DNA of 54,710 bases, counting the filler, from Squatina squatina (lineage: Eukaryota), in assembly GCA_031763465.1 (NCBI GenBank). It is 3 parts of 3 records of this genome, joined end to end, with 100 filler letters (N's around TTAATTAATTAA, not from the genome) between each part and the next. Parts side by side here need not be neighbours in the genome. Positions count along the whole stretch, not along the records: positions 24,285 to 41,375 come from JARFOE010000100.1; positions 41,476 to 54,710 come from JARFOE010000001.1; 1 more part is not named here. One strand, written 5' to 3'. Made by a program: the position numbers and the translations under genes. Shown here in pieces: positions 36,922 to 49,143 of this stretch (positions within the stretch are counted from its first letter, which is position 1; each line of letters begins with the position of its first letter). The notes under the pieces were generated by a model. It made no database searches. It worked only from the letters and a program-made list of their open reading frames with translations, and was not told where the DNA came from.

Positions 36922-37489
36922 CTGTAAAATAAAAAATAATAATTTGTAGTTAAAATTTGTTTAAAGCTTTGTTGTAACATTCAAGAGTTGCCGATCCTAG
37001 TTTTTCCCTCTCTAACACAAATATCACATAAAAATGTATTGTTAGTGCACAATTGTACTCTCATAAACCTACAATTTTTAAAATGCAAATACATGGCTGA
37101 AGCATATAAAATAAAAAAGTCTAATTTAGCTGCCATTTCACATTTGCATGCACAGAAAGACTGGTTTAACTGGTACTCCAATATGTAATGAAAGTTCCTT
37201 TAAGATGATGCAGAACAAAGTTGTGAAGAAATTGCAGTGATATTAATGGTTCTTGATACAAGGCAGAAAGCAGCTGTGGGGGGGGGTCCTGTTTTTGACA
37301 GCGTATTGGGCACATGTACAGANNNNNNNNNNATGTACAGATGGCAGATGTGAGTTGGATGACATTGGCACTTAACTAAAGGTGCAGGTCCTGAAATTAC
37401 ATGGGGGTTCTCCTGTTCTCCCGCCATAACTTTGGCGGCAGATTGGCAGTACCCCCCAGAAGAATGGAATAAATGGCTGAAAATGACTG

Positions 37490-38427
37490 GCTCTTTTTAT
37501 CTACCTGCTCCATGACAATGACCTTTTCAAAGGCAAAGCTGTGTAAGCTGCAGAAGGCTACAATAATCTTAGATCCCTTGACCAGACAGTATTTCAAGAC
37601 TTCTCCTGATCAGTTAAGACATTTGTACCTTTACTTTAACATTTTAATGGTCTACTCCACCAAGAGCCTCATTGCTTCTCTCTTCAGGTCTTAACTGTGG
37701 GTGACTCCTAGGAATCATGAGTCAAAGCTCCAGTCAATTTCCTTGGTCCTGATCAGCTCTCCAATGCGTCTTCCTGGTCCTTAAAATAATGGTGGCACCA
37801 ACAATTGCCATAAACTAAAGAATCCTGACTGCTCCAGGGTAGCAGGTACTGTGCCTATGGTCACAGAGCAGCTGCATATTCATGGAATGGAACCCCTTTT
37901 TGCTAAAGAAAGGGATCGCACTGAAAGTAGGGAATTATTTGGTTACATACACGCCAGCAATAATGCTATGCACTTTGGGGAATTCATTCGTAGTAGAAGT
38001 GCTGGGTTCTTCATGATATTGGCTGGTTTCCATTGAGAAATTAATTAAATTCCTAACTTGGGTTAACAAAGCTTTGGACACTGCTGATTGTGAAGTTTGA
38101 CAGATATGTTCTGCTATTGCATGGAAAACAACAGTGGCAGAAAAGCTGAAGACAGTAGCCACCTTGACATTAACTAGCATAACTGTGGTTTCAAGATCTA
38201 CCTCCAGAACTGCGCAGTTCTCATTACAGCTTCCTTCACTAATCATAATTTCCACATGCATCAAAATGTCTAATACAATTGCTTTGGATAAGGCGTAAAC
38301 AGGCTTGATTTGAATTCCTCCTCCGATCCTCCTCTTCCTCCGTTAGAAATAGCAGACAGATTGGTTTGCCCAGTGGGATACCCATGGATGCTATTAAGGC
38401 TGTTGACAATTCGAGTTCTGTTGCCAA
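37490..38427 (-). pseudogene. Decayed PIF/Harbinger (HARBI1-like) transposase in an SLC4 intron
   Basis: Ordered motifs across stops and frameshifts: VKVATVFSFSAT...ICQTSQSAVSK, FPKVHSII, SKKGFHSMNMQLLCDH, YPG, LVE*TIKMLK*RYKCL, KIIVAFCSLHSFA. Confidence 0.75.
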
Positions 38428-38844
38428 CCTCTCACAGATGGGAGAGGGGATTCAACTTTAACATTAATAAATTGTTTCAACAGTGAAGCCAAAAAAGCAG
38501 TATTTAAACTAACAAATCACTCTATTCATTTGTCACAATTAACTTGTAACAACTACAAAGCAAAGTCAACTCTAAGAAAAATACACAAATCTGAATGGGC
38601 TGATCAGCTAACACACATTTTATGTGGGTATTGAGCGACTGGAGTGCTGGCCAGGTGCTCTGGATGCATTATAGACCCATCACTTCCTTTAAATAGTTTT
38701 GGAAGGCAACCTGCTAAATGCCAGGCACACAAGCCCTTCANNNNNNNNNNNNNNNNNNNNNNNNNNNNNNNNNNNNNNNNNNNNNNNNNNNNNNNNNNNN
38801 NNNNNNNNNNNNNNNNNNNNNNNNNNNNNNNNNNNNNNNNGGTA

Positions 38845-39050
38845 ACTGATCCCATGGATAATATCACTGAGGGGTGACATGTAACTGGAGGTGACCACAT
38901 GGGAGTGGGACAAGAGGTCATTCCTGGAGATGCCCTGGTTATATGGAGACAGTTCAAAATGGAATCACACGAGGGCAAGAGGGGAGGAGTGGAAGAGGAT
39001 GGGGTGGCCAATACAGCAAATGTTGCAGAGAAGTCAAGGAGCAATAACAT
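38845..39050 (-). mobile_element. Decayed L2 RT fragment
   Basis: Minus-strand LLLLDFSATF matches the RT LLDLSAAFD motif. Confidence 0.55.
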
Positions 39051-39362
39051 GCAATGGTTGCAATCAAAACAGTGACATTGACCATCTCAACCTTAGAGCT
39101 GTAGATAAGATGCAAACCAAACTGAAGGAATACTAAATGGCAAGCACATCCTTGCTAATTATTCCCGTCATGTTGGATAGATTCTGTATTTGACAGCTTA
39201 ACATATCCAAATAGAAAAATCCATTCAATAAATATAATACACTTCATGCATGTTCATTTAAAATGCCTTTAGTCTAATAGGCAATTGCTGGATATTTTTG
39301 TGACAATTCAGATTTTTATTTGTGCTGAAATGTCGAGAACAGCTGTTATACATTGACATTAC

Positions 39363-39568
39363 CTGTAGAACAGAGGTCATGAAGACAGATGACCCCATAA
39401 GAACAAAGATCATAAGGCCAGTTACTCGTTGTTCACGAATACCCAAGAATTTTGGCTGTTCACCAGGTGCAGAGCATTCAGATTCCAATTTCAGGCTGTT
39501 CACATGGGATATAGAGAGCACAGTGGCAGCCACAAACCAGGGCAATCCCATAACGGAGCAAATTCCAA
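39363..39568 (-). CDS. SLC4A10: SLC4A10/A8-type exon, 5' part in gap
   Basis: [68 protein letters not shown]|gtaatg. Confidence 0.93.
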
Positions 39569-39761
39569 NNNNNNNNNNNNNNNNNNNNNNNNNNNNNNNN
39601 NNNNNNNNNNNNNNNNNNNNNNNNNNNNNNNNNNNNNNNNNNNNNNNNNNNNNNNNNNNNNNNNNNNNNNNNNNNNNNNNNNNNNNNNNNNNNNNNNNNN
39701 NNNNNNNNNNNNNNNNNNNNNNNNNNNNNNNNNNNNNNNNNNNNNNNNNNNNNNNNNNNNN

Positions 39762-40213
39762 TTGCATTTATATAGCACCTTTCATGACCTAAGGATGTCC
39801 CAAAGTGCTTTACAGCCAAGGGAGTACTTTTTGAAGTGTAGTCACTGTTGTAATGTAGGAAAGACAGCAGCCAATTTTCACACAGCAAGCTCCCACAAAC
39901 AGCAATGTAATAATGACCAGATAATCTATTTGTTTTGTGATGTTGATTGAAGGATAAATATCAGCCAGGACACTGGAGATAACTCCCCTGTTCTTCTTTG
40001 AAATAGTGCCATGGGATCTTTTATCCATGCTAGAGAGCAAATGGGGCCTTGGTTTAACATTTCATCCTAAAGATGGCACCTCCAACAGTGCAGCACTCCT
40101 GCAGTACTGCACTGGAGTGTCAGCTTAGACTTTTTGCTCAAGTCTCTGGAGTGGGACTTGACCTACAACCTTCTAACTCAGAGGCAAATGTGCTACCAAA
40201 TGAGCTACAGCTG
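39762..40213 (-). mobile_element. Near full-length tRNA-derived DeuSINE (SacSINE1-like)
   Basis: Minus-strand head with A-box TAGCTCATTTGG and B-box-like GGTCAAGTCC, central AAAGATCCCATGGCACTATTTC (Deu-domain-like) and L2-like tail GTGCTATATAAATGCAA. Several other copies are in the window. Confidence 0.82.
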
Positions 40214-40820
40214 GCAAAGGTTATTCTATAATTGTAGGCCACAAAAGCAGATATTGGAGAGGCAATTTTAACCCTCCCCACCTGATGGAAATTAGGGAGA
40301 GGCAGGCTATCATGTTTGGTATCCCAATAAGATGTATTCTAAATAATGGCACTGCGTTCCCTTATAAGTGAATGTGCTCGGCACCAATGTATCTGCATTT
40401 GGAAGCCATTAATCCAAAGTGTTTGGCTTATAAAAAGGCTTAATGATGCCAGTTTAAGTAATGAGTGGAAGGAGTAGTTCAAGTAAAGTAACATCACAAA
40501 CACAGCCTACTTAATCGAGAAATGATCCAAATGAAGTAAAACTGGGGCAAGGTACACATGATTCTGCCTGAAGGTTTGGGTACAATTATACATTTCTTAT
40601 GCTTTGTAAAATACAGCAAGTGAAATTCCCCAGAGTGCAGCAGTGTTGGAATAGATTTTTTTTTAAATCAACTCGCATATGCCTATTATCACTGTAAAAA
40701 ATGACAAAGTTCCAAATCTATGTAATCAAGCACATGCCATACAAGAGACAAACACAAATATTTAAAAATAATACTCATTAAGATTTGTTACTTATTCAAA
40801 GACCACATGTGTACGCTCAC

Positions 40821-40982
40821 CTTCAATTTGTGTTCCTTCCGATTGATAATAACAGCAGTGATCTGCTGGTCCATGAAGATTAATATGGTACAGAGTAGAG
40901 CTGGAATAAAAGCTGCTAATACAGTCCACCATGGGTTTGGACCCAAAGGATTAATTAACCAACCACGATCATCTCTAGTTGG
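40821..40982 (-). CDS. SLC4A10: SLC4A10/A8-type exon
   Basis: 162 nt, AG/GT flanked. [54 protein letters not shown] carries the SLC4 signature FMDQQIT. Confidence 0.93.
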
Positions 40983-41375
40983 CTGTAACAAAACAAAAAT
41001 ATGATCAAAATATTTACAAAAAAATACACACCACTGTTACATTTTGTGGTCTTCTCTTCCCTTTACTTTTTTTGGCTAAATTATTAAGATTATGCGCCTA
41101 ACTCTATGACTGTGAGAACAATTTTGTTGGCCTTACGTTTAATAATGCACTGAGGACAAGTAGAAAACCTTGATCTGTCAATTATTTTTAAGCTACAGGA
41201 ATTATTCTTATGCCAGCACAAGGTTTATCTGTAGTCCTTGAATGTGATAGAATATCACATTAGACCTCAATCTAGTCTTAAAATATTAAACAAATTTATT
41301 AAATAAACAATGAACTATAACAACAATTTGTATTTCTATAGCGCCTTTAACGTAGTAAAATGTCCCAAGGTGCTT

Positions 41376-41475
41376 NNNNNNNNNNNNNNNNNNNNNNNNN
41401 NNNNNNNNNNNNNNNNNNNTTAATTAATTAANNNNNNNNNNNNNNNNNNNNNNNNNNNNNNNNNNNNNNNNNNNN
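41376..41475. other. Artificial scaffold linker (44N-TTAATTAATTAA-44N)
   Basis: Identical structure to 24185-24284, with the 12-mer at 41420-41431. Confidence 0.95.
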
Positions 41476-43357
41476 TTTTGCTCAAGGTTTATGGAATTGG
41501 AAATTGCATAAAACAAGGAGCATTTCATGAGGTGATTTCTGTTTGTTTATCTATGTGCTAGTACAAAAATCAGCACACTTCAGAATAATGCTCTATTTTT
41601 CTTCTGCACGTTTGGGGCATTCCAGAAATACACATCAGGAATTTACCTTCCCCCCCCCCCCATCATTTTCTTCCATTTATTTTTCAGAAGTTTAAATCTT
41701 TTAAAAGGCAGGAGGATAAAGACAGGAAGGGTCTGGCAATAGAATGGTGAATGCATTAAAATGGCTGCAGATGGCAGTGGGGGAGGGGTCAGAAGCCAAC
41801 AGTATGATGGGTGTAGGGTGAGGGCCAATGACAGTTCGAGTTCCAGTCACCTTGGGCCGCCCACTCCCCAAGGGTTGTTGGGACACTTCACCTCCCATTA
41901 CTGCCAGGTCACAGCAACCCCAATACTGCTAGACTTTGTCCTACCTTTTCATGCTCCCAAAACACTTTCCCCCTCAGTCCTGTTGGACCCCAGAAGTCCC
42001 TCCTCAGACTTTCCCTCCCCTACTCCACTATTCTGGGACCTGTTCTCAGTTCAAAAGTTCTCAAACTGCATTCCTAAGCAGCCTGACCTCAGGACTGCTC
42101 CCAGTGCTCTTATAACTTGAGACCTCGCTCTTTAATTCTCCAGGTCCTAGGCTACTCTCACAGTGATTCTAATCCTAAGACCTGTNNNNNNNNNNGTCCC
42201 AGTGTCCTGAGAAGCACCCTTCTCCTGTGTTGCCGAAACCTTCTCCTGATGTTCTCAGATCCTGACACTTGGGGAACTTTTGTTTGTATTTGATAATCCT
42301 GTCAAGATGGTCATTGCTGCATTCTAATCCCTGGAGGGAAAGAGAAAGCTATAATCCTAAATCACACTGAAAATTAATTAAAAATGGAAAGAATTAAGCA
42401 AAAGCAAAAAATATTTTTGCAACCTCCATTTTTAATTTTGTCTATTAGTTAACCTTCTTCCTAATCAGAGGTTTCCTAAGTGAGTGTCCTTTGCAGATAC
42501 TGAGCTATTTCGACAAACATAGGGGCCTGAAAGCAAGGTGTAGGCTGCCAATTAAAAGACTGCATTTATTACATGCTTGACTGCTATTTCTTATTGGAAT
42601 TGATGTGAGTTAGAAGCAGTATATTCAAATCATACTTTATTAGTATGGATGTGACAGGAGTATGTGCATTTTTCTTCCGACTGGCTTTTTTATCTTATCA
42701 GAAAGCAACAAGACTTTGATATTGCACCCATTCATCTGTGCAAGATTTTAGCAGTAGTGGAACACTAATGAATTGCATAAAAAAAACATTTTCGAGTTTG
42801 CTAAGCAGGACATATTTTTCTGAGGTGTGTTTTGCATAAACAAATCTGTGTTTGAAAACCAAGCTGCTATTGTTTCAGCTTTGCTAAATCAAGAAAGAGT
42901 GTACAGTGGCTACAGCCTCGGGTTGTTACGACATTTATTAATGTCCATGAGCTTATGTACTTCTTAATGCTGCAGCAGAAATTGGCAATCTCAAAAGCTA
43001 TGAAATACTGAAAAAGTCCAGTAGCTGGAAGGAAGTCTGAGTGAATTGAATGGACTTAGGATCCTGTTTAAGCAATAACATCTTTGATGTGTCTTTGTTG
43101 TTTTCAAGCTGGGGCTGTCTCACAAGAGATATCAGTCCTGTTTTTGCTGAAATTAAGCTATAATTTGTCACACATTATTCAATAATTCACCTCCAGGAGG
43201 CAGAATAAGCAACACTAGCAGTGGCCTGATAGCACCTACTTCCTGTTTTGAAAGAAACAATCCAGATGGCAAAGGTATGGATATCAACTAGCCTTGCTCA
43301 TGGTGAGCCAGATTGAGTTGTCTTATAGAAACATAGAAAATAGGAGCAGGAGTAGGC

Positions 43358-43380
43358 CTGACGAAGGGTCATCGACCCGA
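43358..43380 (+). ncRNA. Partial hammerhead ribozyme core (Penelope-type), truncated by gap
   Basis: CTGACGA-A-GGGTC-ATC-GACCC-GA[gap] gives a CUGANGA box, a 5-bp stem II and the start of the GAAA box. Confidence 0.5.
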
Positions 43381-43480
43381 NNNNNNNNNNNNNNNNNNNN
43401 NNNNNNNNNNNNNNNNNNNNNNNNNNNNNNNNNNNNNNNNNNNNNNNNNNNNNNNNNNNNNNNNNNNNNNNNNNNNNNNN

Positions 43481-43735
43481 AAAAAACTCTAATAAATTTG
43501 TCAGGCACGATTTCCGCTGCATGAAGCCATGCTGACTCTTAGAATTGCGTGATTAGATTGTGATTTTCCAAATGAGCTGCTGTTACTTCCTTAATAATTG
43601 ATACTAGCATTTTTCCAACAATCGATGTTGAGCTAATTGGCCTATAGTTACCCGCTTTTTGCCTCCTTACCTTTTTTGAATAGAGGTGTCACATTTGCAG
43701 TCTTCCAGTCCTCCGGTACTTCCCCAAAATCTGCT
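43481..43735 (-). mobile_element. CR1 LINE RT fragment
   Basis: Minus strand gives SQHGFMQRKSCLTNLLEFF and an upstream GNYRPIS motif. A CR1 tail also lies at 43325-43358. Confidence 0.85.
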
Positions 43736-46700
43736 TCGCCTACCTTGTTAGATAGTGCCATTAATAGTTGACTTTCAGTCTTTCAGTTGTGTGAATAGAA
43801 TCCGATATTAAAAAGTGGCTTGTGGCGCAGAAGTCATCAAGGCTCTTGTTAAGAGGGTATCATTTATTCTTGATGAAAATGAAAAAAGGCATATACTCGG
43901 TGCTGAAAGTATTCTGTTTGCTATTTTCCATAGTATACTTAAGTCCGCGCTATTAATTTTTTTCCTACTCTGATTTAGTAACCACAAAAAGCATTATATA
44001 TTGTTCCATGCCTCATAAATCAAATAATATTTCTGAATTTATTAGTCACGTAATCATCATAACAAATGTTGGGCAGATAATTGATGTGCAATCAGTGTTC
44101 TGAAATGGATGATTTCACTGCTTGCATAAATGAATTGCTGTGAATGTGAAGAATGTGAATATGAGAAAGGATAAGGATATGTATTTATTGTACCATCCCT
44201 TTACAGTTTTTGGGGTGTAATCTGTTGCTAATCGAACTAGGAAGGAATCTGCTGATCTATCGTAGATCAGACACCTCATCAGAAGGTGACAAACTCGTAT
44301 ACCAAAACTGGCTCAAAATCTGAACTGAAGACTACATAGAAATATAATTTTCCATATATAACCTTGTTTTAAGTTAGCTAATCTGTCTGTCCAAATGTTT
44401 CCCTTTACTATGAGAAGAAAACTGACAGAGAGAAAAAAAGAAGAAAAAATGTACCTTTGGCCCTGAAAACTAGTCATTGCAAATCAAAAAGAGGTTCATT
44501 GTACAAAGCACGTTGAATTGTTTTGACAATGTAATAATGCAATATATAACTGCAAGGCTTTTTTTAATGTATAAATACATTGGATTATGCCTTTCAAACC
44601 ACCTAGCCACATCAACCATATAACCATTCCAGAAAGGATGTAAAGTTGAACAGGCCTGAGGTTATATAGCCAGCAGCTATTACTAGACAAAACGATCTCT
44701 GCTTGGCTTTTTGTGCACAAAGTCAATTTAAAATAATAATCTCTTGGAGTTCTGTTAGCAAAATAATATGCATTTAAAAATTGGGAAGTACATGCTAGTT
44801 TATTGATGGGATAAAAGAACTATTGCCTAAAGGGATGTTGTGACCATTGTTTTTACTTTATGTTGTATAACACTAATGGTCAGTGATACAAAATCCAGAG
44901 GGCAACAGAATTATGAACAAGATCTCTTCTAAGAGACCTCAAATAAATTTCCTTGGCTTACTATTCCACATGATCTCTCAGNNNNNNNNNNNNNNNNNNN
45001 NNNNNNNNNNNNNNNNNNNNNNNNNNNNNNNNNNNNNNNNNNNNNNNNNNNNNNNNNNNNNNNNNNNNNNNNNNNNNNNNNATAGATAATTAAGGTACCG
45101 ATTAGTACAATTATTGCTGCATACTCCAAAGATACAACAGTGTACTTCAGTGTTCAGAGCCACAGGTATCCAAAGGATAATTTCACTGTGTATCCAAAAT
45201 AAGCAATGCCAATTGTGTTGTATATCAAACAGGAAAGCCTGGGCTAATCTCACCATGTGTCCAATGGAACCTGACTCCTGGCTTCTCCAATTATAAATGA
45301 AAACATTTTGGTTAGTTTGCAGGTGTGCGCCAATGCTAAGCCTCTCCCATTTGAACCTTGGACAGTTTCTGATTGTTGTATAGAAATCCTCTCACATCCT
45401 ACTTATAGTGTGGTTAAACTGCAAAGGTTATCCACCATTGGAAAGAGTGTTTGACTCAACAAAGCTGGTATTCCAAAAAAAAAATGGTCTTCTGATTAGG
45501 CACAAGATCAACCTAAGAACTAGCTGAATCAAAGTATTTTCCCTCCATGTATAATTGCTCAAATCAACTTTCATCTTAATTTCTGGTCCAAGCAGTGAGG
45601 AAGTCTGCTGTGGTTCAATTTAATTTGAACTGTTCCCCAGGCAGCCTGAAGTTTGAGTCGGGGCTTGAAAAACTCACACCCTAGGAAATTGGAACAAGCA
45701 GATTAAAATCTTACAGTTTCTTGAAGACATCTTGACTGTGATGGAAACTTACCCTAATCTAGTGCAACTTGCTGCATTTGTGACACAAAGCAATTCCAAC
45801 TTCAGGATTGTGCTATTGTACATAGAGACCAAAAAAAAACCCAGCAGCTCTGGCTGGAGCTACTGAAACAATATACTGTTAGTTCCAATTTTTATCCTTT
45901 TCTATATTTGGTGGATCCAATTTTAAATGACAAGCATACTCACATGGAATACCTAACATCTTGCTATGGCAACTATTGCTAGGAGCTCCTTTACCAAAAA
46001 TTTCCCCCAAAAAGCTGGAGATTTACTCTATCAATCACAATTGTNNNNNNNNNNNNNNNNNNNNNNNNNNNNNNNNNNNNNNNNNNNNNNNNNNNNNNNN
46101 NNNNNNNNNNNNNNNNNNNNNNNNNNNNNNNNNNNNNNNNNNNNCTCAGTACAGAGAGTGTAAAATTAAATTCTTCAGAATCCAATGAATTTACAGTGCT
46201 GTTCTATGAGCCTCTAATAGGCTACCAGGGACCAAACCGTCTACTCATCACGAGTTTGCAAGGGACCTTGCACTTCCATGGATGCAGGTGCATTTTTAGC
46301 ACATCTCAACTTACTATCCACCTGGTGTCTCATAGGTGTCAAGAGCTTCCTTTCCGACTTATTCAGGCACTAAACTATGATTATTACAACTGAGTGGTAA
46401 TTGGAGAGCATCATGTTTCAGTGTGAGTGGCAATTAAATTGAATTAACAGATAACTGTCTGAAGAGCCTTAAATGTTGCCAGGTGGAAAATTACCCCTCC
46501 TCCCAAGAAACTGTCTGTATGAAGAAATCACAACAGGGCAACACTGCATAAGCGCTGCCACTAGAAAGCTCCTTGTGGCTGTTGAATGATCATGCTCTGC
46601 ACTGGCTATCACAAAGTCCTGGTGAGGTTAATGGAACTATAGTATTATTCATTACCAAGTTCTTCAGTATACTCTTATTTCACTGGCAGGTTCAAAGTTA

Positions 46701-46769
46701 CCTGGTATCTACGGTAGCATCATTACCAAGTTGTAGAAGATAACCCACACCGTAATGTGGTAACATTCT

Positions 46770-47500
46770 ATATTTTCACCTCTATCCCTCTGCTCACGAA
46801 CCCCATCAATCTCCTTTTCACTCTGAGACTCATCATCACGTCCTTAGATTCCTCTCCCATCCCAGTTTCACACTGTTCAGCACCCAATGCTCACAGGCAG
46901 TTTCAATCTTTCTTTTTCCTAAGTCATTGTTTCCCTGCCAACATCATCAAAGAGCTAACATTCCCTTTTCAAACTGATTTCATAAGCTCCCTTCGAACCA
47001 CAACCACCAACTCTCCCCCAGCCCTTCTCCTCATCCTCTCAAATACTACTTCATCCCAATCTCAGCTTCTGCTTTAAGCTCCTGAAACATGTATTGTTAC
47101 ACCCACAACTCCCTGTTTCAATCCATCCATTATTGTTTCCACCTGGACTGTAGCATCAGGACCACCTTGGTCAAAGTCACTGCACTCAATTTCTCCACAA
47201 TCTTTCCATGGCCTTCAATATGGTCAACCATTTTATCTCCTCAACTGTTTCCCCTCTGTGGTCCACCTCCATGGCACCACCCTCTCCTGGTTCCTTTTCT
47301 ATCCAGCCCAACACATTTTATTCATACCTCCAATAGTTTCTCCTCCCAGGGTCACACTGTCATCTCTAGTGTTGTGCAAGGCTCAATTCTTGGCCCTCTC
47401 CTGTTTCTCACCAATAAGCTGACCCTTGGTGACAGCATCTGCAAACATTAAATTAGCTTCCATTTGTGGGTGATGAATCTAATTCTACCTCTCATCTCTA
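46770..47500 (+). mobile_element. Decayed L2 LINE RT fragment
   Basis: TTLVKVT...SSVVQGSILGPLLFL matches the RT GVPQGSVLGPLLF motif. Confidence 0.75.
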
Positions 47501-49143
47501 NNNNNNNNNNNNNNNNNNNNNNNNNNNNNNNNNNNNNNNNNNNNNNNNNNNNNNNNNNNNNNNNNNNNNNNNNNNNNNNNNNNNNNNNNNNNNNNNNNNN
47601 TTAGATTAAGCAACAACAACTATTCTGTCCATGAAAGTAAACCTTTTTCAAAGATGCAAGGAGCTTTAGCACCTTGAGTAATTACTAAGACTTAGCCCAA
47701 GTACATCTGTGTTAGAAAAGCTTTAATTTATTCCAATGCTTATGAAGAGTAGCTTTCGGCAGTTCTTGGTTTTCTCTAATTGTGCATCTCAAACCACGTC
47801 TGACAGTGATCTGCAGGAATTAGGCTGACTTATCTGACTTGCAATGCATGAAGAAAAGATCCATTCATTCAGAGAACCTTTCCTTTAAAAAGTCTCAAGC
47901 TAGTTTTGACAAATCTAAGACATTCTCAAAAATGTATTATTATCGCAATTTGTTTTTTAGAATATGCATTTCAGAAATCGCAGTTTAAATTTGCTAACAC
48001 AGTACAAATTTGTCAGCCATTCCCTTGTCCCTTCCAGATCACTGGCTGCTAAATGTAAATGTTGTGGTTGTGCATCCCAAGATTTATTTTAACTGCTCCT
48101 TTATTTCTTCTCTCTAGCTGCCAACATTAGAGCTGTCAAGCTTCATCACTGCTAGATTAGATCTTAGAATGTGAATACCCCTGTGCTCTGCATCTAGCGT
48201 TATATGTGCCAGTTTGCTGTGATCTCCTCACCCATGATATGCCCTTAAGGTGCAGACGTATATGCATTTTAACAGATAAACAATAAGGCTTTGTTGTCCA
48301 GCAGACAGGCTCCAGGTACAAGAATCTGGAGCAGAATGTGTAAATGGGCAGGCTGTAAACGGTATCCCATTTTCATGTACACTAGCTCAAGGCCATTGTA
48401 TTAGTATATTTTGCAGAATGCAAGGGCTCATTCGTGTTTGACAAATGGAATACATTTCCCTGCATCTTAAAGTGAAGAACTGATTTGTTTAAAAAAAATG
48501 ATGCACTACAGTGCTGAACCTCTGCTGGACACAGTGATAGATTCCATTTCATGTTTTCCCATTCTCCTCATAAATGCANNNNNNNNNNTGTGAACAGTTC
48601 AATGATTTAATGTCTTCATTTATCCATTACCTCGTAGTAACCCATCTTTGAGGGCCCATGTTAATAAATAGCTTGTCTCGTTGCACTGAAGAGGAATACT
48701 GTAAGGCTCAGAATAGTGAAAAATGAGACCAAATTAATGATAGCACATGAGCTAAGATGATATAAATGCTGCCAGGGGCACATGTGTTTTTGTACATTGT
48801 GAGGTGACAATAATTGATATACTGTCAAATGTGTCGGCCCTCATCCTCGAAGGGAAATGGAATGTGACTAAAATCCCCGCAGAATGATATGGTTATGTGA
48901 TTTTAAAACAATCTTTGAATAAAGAAAATTAATATGAAGCTGGTTGGGTAGCTTATGATTTAAAGGCAAATTGCATTGCAGTTTCTGCAAAAGGTAGCTT
49001 TAGTTAAGACTGCTTTAACTGTTNNNNNNNNNNNNNNNNNNNNNNNNNNNNNNNNNNNNNNNNNNNNNNNNNNNNNNNNNNNNNNNNNNNNNNNNNNNNN
49101 NNNNNNNNNNNNNNNNNNNNNNNCCTCATCATCCTCATTACCT

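Noticed and set aside
44252-44288. CTGATCTA-TCG-TAGATCAG hairpin beside a minus-strand CTGATGA (possible hammerhead)
   Set aside because: No GAAA box after the stem, so the catalytic core is incomplete. An 8-bp stem can arise by chance in 55 kb.
45752-45810. Minus-strand AG...GTAAGT bounded candidate exon
   Set aside because: No recognisable peptide, no partner exons, and it lies beyond the linker so cannot be tied to the SLC4 gene.
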